Source: Candidatus Woesebacteria bacterium GW2011_GWB1_39_12 (GTDB taxonomy: Bacteria > Patescibacteriota > Microgenomatia > UBA8517). Taken from it: a DNA stretch of 64,000 nt. The notes below the pieces were generated by a model, which saw only the letters and a program-made list of their open reading frames with translations, made no database searches and was not told where the DNA came from. The stretch lies in the NCBI GenBank assembly GCA_000993405.1, contig LBWB01000009.1, positions 77,848 to 141,847 on the forward strand, in the 5' to 3' direction. Positions 27,529 to 35,709 of the stretch are shown here, one piece after another; within the stretch, counting starts at the first letter, position 1; the number at the start of each line of letters is the position of its first letter. A program made the position numbers and the translations under genes.

Positions 27529-28613
27529 TATTTATTATAGTTTGAGAGAATAATGCTTAGATCCAGTATAGTTACTCTTCCGTCGCCATTCAAATCTGCA
27601 CCACCCTGGGAACCAGTTTTGCCGAATTTTGAGAGAACTGTGGATAGGTCAATAATCGTAACTCTACCGTCTTTGTTAACATCTCCTTTTTTATTCAAAG
27701 TCGAGGTTGATGAACCTGAACTACCCGAAGAGGCCGATGAACCTCCACCACTGCTACTTCCTCCGTCACCCCCAGAGGATCCTGAACTTCCTGTTGAAGT
27801 TTGTGTAGTAGTCGTTGGCTGTACGGTTATCGCAGTTGCCGTTGGATTATTGGGAGAAAAAGTAACTGTTGGGTAAGGGGTTACTGTGGGTGTGACAGGA
27901 ACACTCGTTGCGGTCGGTTGGGGTGTTGGTGTATTAGTAGGAGCGGGAGTAGAGGTTGGAGTACTTGTAGGTTCTCCTCCAAATGTTCCACCTCCCGGTA
28001 GGGTCGGCGCCACGGGGGTAGCTGTAGGTGCTTCGGTCGGAATCTCTGTGGGCACAGGAGTCAAAGTAGCCGTGGGTTCGGGAGTTGGAGTTGGTGAAAT
28101 ATAATTGAGAACTAAATTAGCAGGATCAATGTTGCCGCCCAAAGAAGCAGCAGTACTATCGACTATTTGAATATCTGTATTGTCGATGAGGAGGGCCGTA
28201 GCATCATTTTCTGTACCAGAAATAGAAGTCAAAGAAAACTCGCTTACAACTGTATTAAGGCTACTTATCTGAATCTCGTCCAAAAGCTGGAGTTTGGTTG
28301 GATCAAAATTAAAAATTAGTCTAACAAAGGATATTTCAATTTCATTAGAATTTATCATTAGTCTAAAGTGAGCATCTGGGGGCAAGTTTTGTTCGCTTGG
28401 ACCAAAGAAAATGTCGACGGTCGGAGCATCGGCTTGTGTCCTTATGTCGGCGGGACGATTAACAAGGTAAATTATTAACGGGATACTTATAATTAAAGTA
28501 GCGGCGATAATAAATTGGGGAATTATTCCTTTGGGTAAATAGATCTTGAATTTCCAATAAATATCTTTGATGCGTTTTATGAATTTGTTAAAAGGCCTTT
28601 CCAATAATTTCAT
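27528..28613 (-). CDS. membrane-anchored adaptor protein: N-terminal TM, cohesin-like domain, Pro/Thr- and Gly/Ser-rich linker, C-terminal dockerin
   Basis: 361 aa; …FVRLIFNFDPTKLQLLDEIQISS… is cohesin-like. The C-terminus DVNKDGRVTIIDLSTVLSKFGK…DLNGDGRVTILDLSIILSNY is a classic duplicated type-I dockerin calcium-binding repeat. Confidence 0.6.
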   Translation of the reverse strand: MKLLERPFNKFIKRIKDIYWKFKIYLPKGIIPQFIIAATLIISIPLIIYLVNRPADIRTQADAPTVDIFFGPSEQNLPPDAHFRLMINSNEIEISFVRLIFNFDPTKLQLLDEIQISSLNTVVSEFSLTSISGTENDATALLIDNTDIQIVDSTAASLGGNIDPANLVLNYISPTPTPEPTATLTPVPTEIPTEAPTATPVAPTLPGGGTFGGEPTSTPTSTPAPTNTPTPQPTATSVPVTPTVTPYPTVTFSPNNPTATAITVQPTTTTQTSTGSSGSSGGDGGSSSGGGSSASSGSSGSSTSTLNKKGDVNKDGRVTIIDLSTVLSKFGKTGSQGGADLNGDGRVTILDLSIILSNYNK

Positions 28614-28706
28614 AATATTATACGAACTACAATTTAGAGTAAACTATCTCTGGTAATTATTCAACCCCTCACTCACTCCAATCGTTCGGGATGAGCCATA
28701 AAAAAT

Positions 28707-30026
28707 TCATACATAATTGTTTAACCAAAGAACATAATCAATACCGTCAACCATCCCGTCTGAATTAAAATCTCCATCGAGATATCCTCCATTTGTTTCC
28801 TGATTGTAATGATTTAGCCAAATTACATAATCTATTCCGTCAACTCTCCTATCCCCGTTCGCATCTCCGGGCAATGGCGGTTGGGTTGGAGAAGAAGTGG
28901 GCATTTGGGTTGGAATATCAGTTACACTAGCTCCAGGATTTATCGAGGGTGTTGGAGTGGAAGTCTGTGATGGTACTGGGCTCGGATTTACTCCCCCCGG
29001 ATTCCAGCCGGCAAGTTGTGCCATCAGAACCCAAAAGGCTTTTGCGATACGAATCCGAATCGGCCCCATGGTTAGATGACCATTCGTGGTCTCGACAGTA
29101 TAATGCTGACATATCGCTGGATAGTTAATACCGTCATTGGCTAAATTTTCACACACCCCGGGAGATTGACAATATTGGACACCGTCACGATCATCATAGC
29201 AGGGAGACCCATCGGGCAAGTGGGATTCAATATCGGCAAAATCCAGGAAGACCCTATACTTTCCCAAACTATCACGTTGTTGTATATATTGACGCATTTG
29301 GTTGTTGAAATCGGTAGCCACACTATTGCCAATACTTCGAGCCAAACTTGAAGTCATAAAGATAAAATATTTATTGGGGAATCTTGCCAACCGCGTTTCC
29401 AGATCATAAACATCGTTTTTATCCCCGGCATTGTTCCAAAAAAAGCCACCCGGTTGTTCAGCGATCGAGTCAAAATCAAGCACGTTTAAATAGCTGAATT
29501 GGAAGGTGTAAACCGAAAAGTTATTAATACTCCGTTGACCTTGGACTTGATTGTTATCCAAAAGAGCCATGTAGTCGGCAGTCATTGTATACCAAGTTTC
29601 GGCAAACGGTTCATGAATCCAGTTCGTCCGGTTATAACCTCCTGGTCTATACCAGTTAATGGTGTCTGCTGGAAGATTGTAAGTTGGGTCGGCGTGATCC
29701 AATTTTATACAGTCAAGCAGACAATTAGGCCTATTGTCCCAACAAGCTTCATCCGATTCCCATACTAAACAGCTGATCGCTTCATCAGTGTTAACACCAA
29801 CCGAGCGGTTGCCAAAGATCATAGGGATGGCCGCGGCCCGCTGGATATATAAGTCTGGAATTTGCTCAAACAGCGACAGGCTGGTGCGGTTAACGATGAT
29901 CGGGGCCTGTTGCAAACGAGTATTTAAATTAGGGTCAATCTGAGCACTAACTATCCCTACCCCCATAATATTTATGGAAAAATATACTGCTAAAAAAATC
30001 AATGAGTGTGTTAATTTTTTCTTCAC
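28707..30026 (-). CDS. secreted protein of unknown catalytic class with C-terminal dockerin module
   Basis: 439 aa; signal peptide. The C-terminus GDANGDRRVDGIDYVIWLNHY…GDFNSDGMVDGIDYVLWLNNY is a duplicated dockerin-type repeat. Confidence 0.6.
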   Translation of the reverse strand: MKKKLTHSLIFLAVYFSINIMGVGIVSAQIDPNLNTRLQQAPIIVNRTSLSLFEQIPDLYIQRAAAIPMIFGNRSVGVNTDEAISCLVWESDEACWDNRPNCLLDCIKLDHADPTYNLPADTINWYRPGGYNRTNWIHEPFAETWYTMTADYMALLDNNQVQGQRSINNFSVYTFQFSYLNVLDFDSIAEQPGGFFWNNAGDKNDVYDLETRLARFPNKYFIFMTSSLARSIGNSVATDFNNQMRQYIQQRDSLGKYRVFLDFADIESHLPDGSPCYDDRDGVQYCQSPGVCENLANDGINYPAICQHYTVETTNGHLTMGPIRIRIAKAFWVLMAQLAGWNPGGVNPSPVPSQTSTPTPSINPGASVTDIPTQMPTSSPTQPPLPGDANGDRRVDGIDYVIWLNHYNQETNGGYLDGDFNSDGMVDGIDYVLWLNNYV

Positions 30027-30072
30027 TGTCTATACATTATAATGGTTCAGTCCTTCGGCTTCACTCAGGATT

Positions 30073-32754
30073 TCACAACTGTGTTCCATAGTTGTTCAAC
30101 CATATTACATAGTCTACGCCATCAACTCGTCCATCAGAGTTAAAGTCTGCGTCAGATGACCCATTTGAGGTAGTTACACCATAATGATTGAGCCAGATAA
30201 CATAATCGATTCCATCAACACGGCGGTCGTTATTAGCATCACCCAGGATGGGTACTAGGGTTGGTATTGGTGTTGAGCTAGACTGATTATTAAATGCTAT
30301 CTGGTAACTTCCGCTTGATATCCGTATTCTAACCCAGTCAGTTCCGCTGGAAAGAGGGGTCTGAGCTTGACCATTCAAATAGATTGTTATCAATCCCGGT
30401 CGATAAAAAGTAATATCGCTTCCTTGAGAAATAACATTTCCTCCCTCATCACTCATATACAAACTAACCGAGTTCGTGGCTTCAAAACCTCTTTGAGGAG
30501 TGGCGGAATCGCGAAACAAACTTCCCTGGCGGACAAAGTAAGCGCTAGTTTGAGAATTCTGGGTTCTGTACCAAACCGCTTTCCCTCGAAAAGTCACTAA
30601 GTCATGCCGGATATCCGAAGTTGGAGCAGAAGATTCCAGGGCTGTGTCAAAAATACTTGCTGGATGTTGTACGGATGCTCCTGTGTAATTGCTCCCGCTC
30701 AGGCGGGAAAAACCGGCTGCGGCATGAGTGCTATCGTAAGGAAAAACAACAGTTACAATATTCTTCCGGCTACTGCTAAGCGGATAGGTAGAAAAAATGT
30801 ACTTGCCCACATAAGGAGCGTGGTCATCATAGTATTCCCAATGACAAAGTGCTCCGTCAAGAAGATCCACTCTTTGAGGCGGTGTGGCCAAAAATACGCT
30901 TATGCCAGCGCTTTGGTTGGTGAAAGCCACCGAACAAGAAAAAGGGTCGCCTGTTTCGGGATCATAGCAAGTCCGAGGAGTTGCGGGAATTGGAGCCCGG
31001 TATTCCTGATTTGAACTGACGGCAGCAGTCAAATCTGAATTTGGGTGTAAAGCAATATGGGCAGTACTTGTCCCGGCATTACCGGTTATTTCATCAAACA
31101 GTATAAAATAGCCGTTACTTCCAATTTGCGGGTGGACAAAAATAAAATTACGCTGATGCTTACCATTGGGTAAAGCCAGCCCGGAATCCCCGGATGCATA
31201 ATCAATTCCATTTCCGGTAAACCCTTCGCTAATTCCAGCACCAAACTTATACCGATGGTCATTTGCTTCACTTGGATCGTTCGGGTTACCAATATTGTAA
31301 TTTATCAGTGCCGTATTATTTCCTACCGCCCGGTGCGTCATATAGTTAGTGGAAAACCCTAAACACTCATCCGCCCCTTGGGCTCCCCCAGCCCCTTTGA
31401 AACCTACATTTAGAAGAAGCGGCTCTCCGTAAGCAGATACATGTATCGAGTTGGTATCATTGTGGGCATGGAAATAAACCATATTTGGGTCATTAAAATA
31501 CTCTTCGGTTGCCTTTACGTTCCACAAAGCGCCGTACAATGAATTTTTAGTCAAATTGTGGTCCATAAAAAAAGCTCCTCCGTCATTAAATATTCTGCTG
31601 ATTGGGGCAGTCGGAGCCGGCAAAGGATATGATAATAAAACATATTGGAGCAGTCGCCCCGGAAGAAATATCGGGTCTTGAGAAGGTTTGTCTGCAAACT
31701 GCGTCCGCCGCCACATGGCATATTGTCCGGCCTCTTGACTAAACTTGGATGCCTGTCCCGTATGAGCAGTATGTATTGTATAGTAGCCGAAATTCTCCGA
31801 CCAAACCGGGTAAAAATCCGAGCTGTCACCAAAGGGGGCTTGAATCCCTGCCGGGGTGGAAGCATAGCCAAAAAGCCACTCATACAGGTTTTGATATTTG
31901 GGATCTTGATAAAAACTGTAGTTGTCTGCTACCCCGTTCCCGTCAAAATCGATATTTCTAATGATATTGGTGTGTTCCAAAATATCTATAATATGAGATC
32001 TTTCCCCCCGCTGGTGTGCAAAAGCTACGGTACCGTAAAAAGGTCCCTCGTAATAAACCCCGTCCGGAGTAAAAAGCATATCCATCTGGGGCTTATAACC
32101 CACTATGGGCCGATAATCATCTCTCTGACCCCCTTTCACTAACGCATTAATATAAGGATCACTTGCGTCTTTACCTTTGTAAATGTTCCAAACCAACTGT
32201 GTGCCTTCAAATGCGGGTGGGTTGGCTGGAGGGGCATTGTAGTAGTGGTTATATTCCTGAAGTAACCAATTTTCTGCGCTGGTTTTCTCTGCTAAGGTTA
32301 AATCGTTGTAAATAATATCCATAGCCAGGATAGAATCTAAAAAAGCGGCGGCCGGAGCCATAAAGAAGGCTGCGGAGTAATTTGGTGTGCGCTGAACTAC
32401 CAAAATATCAGCCCACATCGGCATCACATTTAGAATTTTCTGTTTATACTGCATACGGTTAGCATCATCTAGTATAAAAGCCAAGGAACAGGCACTCATA
32501 ATATTTTGCATTCGGTACCCTTTATCGTAATCCTGAAGGTCGCCTGGGCTATAGGTTAAATTTTGACAATCGAAAATGGCATCGGCTTTCATACTTGACC
32601 AAGGCTCTTGACTGGCCCGGGCTCTGAGAGCAGGTAATTGGTCTGCACTGACAAGCATAAAAGGATGTGCCGGAGTCTGGGCAGAAATTAGATTAGTAAA
32701 TGCAGTAATCTGAAATAAAACCAAAACACCAACCAATATGACAAAGGTATGCAT
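30073..32754 (-). CDS. secreted putative polysaccharide lyase/hydrolase (heparinase II/III-like guess) with C-terminal dockerin
   Basis: 893 aa; signal peptide. The C-terminus GDANNDRRVDGIDYVIWLNHY…DFNSDGRVDGVDYVIWLNNY is dockerin-type. The catalytic family is assigned only by loose resemblance. Confidence 0.5.
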   Translation of the reverse strand: MHTFVILVGVLVLFQITAFTNLISAQTPAHPFMLVSADQLPALRARASQEPWSSMKADAIFDCQNLTYSPGDLQDYDKGYRMQNIMSACSLAFILDDANRMQYKQKILNVMPMWADILVVQRTPNYSAAFFMAPAAAFLDSILAMDIIYNDLTLAEKTSAENWLLQEYNHYYNAPPANPPAFEGTQLVWNIYKGKDASDPYINALVKGGQRDDYRPIVGYKPQMDMLFTPDGVYYEGPFYGTVAFAHQRGERSHIIDILEHTNIIRNIDFDGNGVADNYSFYQDPKYQNLYEWLFGYASTPAGIQAPFGDSSDFYPVWSENFGYYTIHTAHTGQASKFSQEAGQYAMWRRTQFADKPSQDPIFLPGRLLQYVLLSYPLPAPTAPISRIFNDGGAFFMDHNLTKNSLYGALWNVKATEEYFNDPNMVYFHAHNDTNSIHVSAYGEPLLLNVGFKGAGGAQGADECLGFSTNYMTHRAVGNNTALINYNIGNPNDPSEANDHRYKFGAGISEGFTGNGIDYASGDSGLALPNGKHQRNFIFVHPQIGSNGYFILFDEITGNAGTSTAHIALHPNSDLTAAVSSNQEYRAPIPATPRTCYDPETGDPFSCSVAFTNQSAGISVFLATPPQRVDLLDGALCHWEYYDDHAPYVGKYIFSTYPLSSSRKNIVTVVFPYDSTHAAAGFSRLSGSNYTGASVQHPASIFDTALESSAPTSDIRHDLVTFRGKAVWYRTQNSQTSAYFVRQGSLFRDSATPQRGFEATNSVSLYMSDEGGNVISQGSDITFYRPGLITIYLNGQAQTPLSSGTDWVRIRISSGSYQIAFNNQSSSTPIPTLVPILGDANNDRRVDGIDYVIWLNHYGVTTSNGSSDADFNSDGRVDGVDYVIWLNNYGTQL

Positions 32755-32763
32755 TTTTTCTCT

Positions 32764-35709
32764 TTAAGATCCGTAATTGTTTAGCCATATCACATAATCA
32801 ATTCCATCAACTGCCCCATCGCCATTAAAATCCCCACCAGAACTTCCGTTTCCTGCTGCCTGATTATAATGATTAAGCCAGATAACATAATCAATTCCGT
32901 CTACCACCCTATCTCCATTTGCATCACCAGGAACCGGCACTAAAGTTGGAGTTGGAGAATCAGTTACCCCGGCTCCAGGATCCACCCCAGAAGAAGGTGC
33001 TTCTATAGTAGCTACTAAATTTTGAATAAAGAAAAGGTCGCCACGTTGAAATGCAGGAGTATCCAAATACTTATAGAGATTTTCGCGTGACTCGTTTTGT
33101 ATCCAAGCTTTAGCTTGGAAAAGGGCCGGATAATCATAAAGCGACTGCATTACCGACTCTCCCTGGGCAGCTTCGTACCGGGCTACAAACCAATAAGGAG
33201 CGATTGTATTGTAGTCCGCAAGAGCCGAACCGACTTGGGCGTTTAAATTAGTTGCATAGGCATCAGCTATCTCCGGCACCAGACCCAGGAAGTTTCTGGC
33301 AATATTCATATTGCGTTTATGATAGGAAACTTCGTCTGTGCCAGTAAACGGAGTGTCCTTACTAAAGGTACTCCAGCGGTAAGTTTTGAGATTAGTCAAT
33401 TCAGTTTGGATACTGTTTTTCAAAGATGCATCTCCAGTACCAATCCCGGCCAGGGTGTGTAAATTCAAAAATCCCTGATACCCTGCCATCCAAGAATTCA
33501 TTTCCCAAACATTGGCACTACCGCTTAAGCGCGGAGCAGTTTGAGAAATTGTGCCATTGGTAATTAATGTTTTAGCCCGGTCATAAACTGCTCGAACCGC
33601 CGTAGTGTCCGTACCCAAAACATTTTTTGCATACAAATACATCGCATACAGATTTTGCGGCGGATAATTATAAGAAGCCCCAGAGGTCCCGTACCCCGGT
33701 CCAAAGGTGGCAAAATCTGGTGATATATCGGGGGGAAAATTCATATCTTCCCGCGCTATCCCTGTCGCCCAACCTACGCTCGCATAAGCATTAGTCTGAA
33801 AATAAGTCTGATATTCCTGCTGTAAAAATGTCTTTAGTCGGCTTTGGAGGTTCAAAGAGAGGTGGGGATAAGCTAAAGACAAGGTGTAAAGTGTGTCGCC
33901 CGGATTGTTAAAATAGTCAGAAATATAGTCATACATAAATTGATTGACGTTATAATATCCGGGTCGAAGGTGACCTGCGGATACGTGTTTATCAACTTCA
34001 TTTTCTAAGCGATTTTTAAGTGCATCGAGGGAAATGGCTGGAGCCGTATCACTCTTAGACGTAAGTGCCTGGGTAGCCAGCTTTCTGGCTCCCCCGTTTG
34101 GACCAAATGCAATAAGAGCGTTGCCCCTGTGAATAAAAACTCTATTTTGATGGGCAACAAATGCAGTTTGATCACCATGAGTGTGATATAACCCATTTAC
34201 TGAGTCATTCGGCCCGGAGTAAAAACCGCAAAGATTTGGGTGGCCGCAATCTAAAATCGTCCACATCTCATTATAATTAGGGGCTTTGGATGATAAATCA
34301 TATTGCCAGAACATACCGCCGCCGTTTAGGGAAAAATAATCAGCAAATCGATCACAACATACGCTGCGGAATATTACACTGCCCCCCATCGAAATGGATT
34401 GAGGCTCAGCCGTAGCCCCATTTCCAGCTCCAAAACCTCCTGTCCCAGCCAGAGCTAAATAGGTAGGGTTTAGTGGATTCCAAGCAAATACAGTTCCCCG
34501 CGGATCGCCGGAAGCTTGGAAAACGCTATTGTAATAGAGATTACCATTTGCTCCCACAATTGGGGGGTAATCATTACCCGATCCAGTACCGTAATAGACG
34601 GCCGGCATATACTCAGGATATCCATCACCATCGGAATCAAAGGTAAATTCGCTCCCATTACTTTTGTTGAGTACTACAAATGGCCGCCTCCAAGGTTTGT
34701 ATTTTCGTTGGTCTACCAAAGTCTGTCCATGGTTTTCAAAATATTCGGTTATTCGCGGAGCCGCATTATATGTAGTCATACCACTGGCCCATGCCGGGGG
34801 TGTCACTGTGGGACCAAGGTATGCCGAACCTGTATAATTTGTGCAGTTTAGTTCTGGAAACATATCACAGATCTGATCAGAGTATAAAGGACTATTTTGT
34901 CCTGGACGCTTACCGTTTCGAAAATCTTCTGAAGCCGAAAAAATGACATAATTTTGGTAGATTACCGGCCAGAATGATTGATATTGAGATCCGGGCAGCG
35001 TCGCGGATTCCCAAGCCTTGACCCCGGTCGTAGCATTAAGCGCATAGGCCTTCATATTTTGAGAAGCAAAATATAAAACGCCATTATCATAAGCTGGAGA
35101 AATCAGTATCGGACCTAGGGCTATTTGATTAGCGGCCGGATACTGCCAAACCAAATTCCCATTCGCTGCGTCGAGCGCATAGAAATAGCCGTCGCGGCCA
35201 CCCAAATAAACTCTGTTATTTACTACAATAGGGCTGCCGCTGAAGCCCGCCTTAGCCCCGCTAAATTCCCAAACTGCTGAGCCATTTGTAGCGGTCAAAG
35301 CATGGATCTTTTTATCGTAACTGCCGAAATAAACCACATTATTAACCACCGTCGGAGTAAAAATTGGCATTTCGCTATCGTATTTCCAAACGAGTACGCC
35401 ATCAGCCGCGTTATAAACATAAAGGCCGCGGCTTGTCGCTATGTAAAGCTTGCCCTGAACAGCGATTACTTGAGTTTTTTGGTCAATATATGCTTCTATT
35501 GGTCGATACCATTCAACACTTAAATTCCCAGTAGGCCCGGCATCTGTTCGACTTTCGCGTTTAAAATTACCTGCTGTTGTATACCAGTCCGAGCTAGATT
35601 GCGCATTAACCGGAGTCGCCAAAAAAACTAAACCCATAACGATTCCTAAAAGTGGAAAGACAACCTCCTTGAGTCTCATAGATTTATTATATAGCTTTTT
35701 GTTAATCAT
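32764..35709 (-). CDS. secreted PQQ-like beta-propeller repeat protein with C-terminal dockerin
   Basis: 981 aa; signal peptide; several …YALDAANGNLVWQY…-type PQQ/beta-propeller repeats; the C-terminus GDANGDRVVDGIDYVIWLNHY…GDFNGDGAVDGIDYVIWLNNYGS is dockerin-type. Confidence 0.6.
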   Translation of the reverse strand: MINKKLYNKSMRLKEVVFPLLGIVMGLVFLATPVNAQSSSDWYTTAGNFKRESRTDAGPTGNLSVEWYRPIEAYIDQKTQVIAVQGKLYIATSRGLYVYNAADGVLVWKYDSEMPIFTPTVVNNVVYFGSYDKKIHALTATNGSAVWEFSGAKAGFSGSPIVVNNRVYLGGRDGYFYALDAANGNLVWQYPAANQIALGPILISPAYDNGVLYFASQNMKAYALNATTGVKAWESATLPGSQYQSFWPVIYQNYVIFSASEDFRNGKRPGQNSPLYSDQICDMFPELNCTNYTGSAYLGPTVTPPAWASGMTTYNAAPRITEYFENHGQTLVDQRKYKPWRRPFVVLNKSNGSEFTFDSDGDGYPEYMPAVYYGTGSGNDYPPIVGANGNLYYNSVFQASGDPRGTVFAWNPLNPTYLALAGTGGFGAGNGATAEPQSISMGGSVIFRSVCCDRFADYFSLNGGGMFWQYDLSSKAPNYNEMWTILDCGHPNLCGFYSGPNDSVNGLYHTHGDQTAFVAHQNRVFIHRGNALIAFGPNGGARKLATQALTSKSDTAPAISLDALKNRLENEVDKHVSAGHLRPGYYNVNQFMYDYISDYFNNPGDTLYTLSLAYPHLSLNLQSRLKTFLQQEYQTYFQTNAYASVGWATGIAREDMNFPPDISPDFATFGPGYGTSGASYNYPPQNLYAMYLYAKNVLGTDTTAVRAVYDRAKTLITNGTISQTAPRLSGSANVWEMNSWMAGYQGFLNLHTLAGIGTGDASLKNSIQTELTNLKTYRWSTFSKDTPFTGTDEVSYHKRNMNIARNFLGLVPEIADAYATNLNAQVGSALADYNTIAPYWFVARYEAAQGESVMQSLYDYPALFQAKAWIQNESRENLYKYLDTPAFQRGDLFFIQNLVATIEAPSSGVDPGAGVTDSPTPTLVPVPGDANGDRVVDGIDYVIWLNHYNQAAGNGSSGGDFNGDGAVDGIDYVIWLNNYGS

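Noticed and set aside
27553-28104. Plus-strand Pro/Gly/Val-rich ORFs opposite the dockerin-protein linker
   Set aside because: They are low-complexity translations of the antisense of a Pro/Thr/Gly/Ser linker. They are artefacts.
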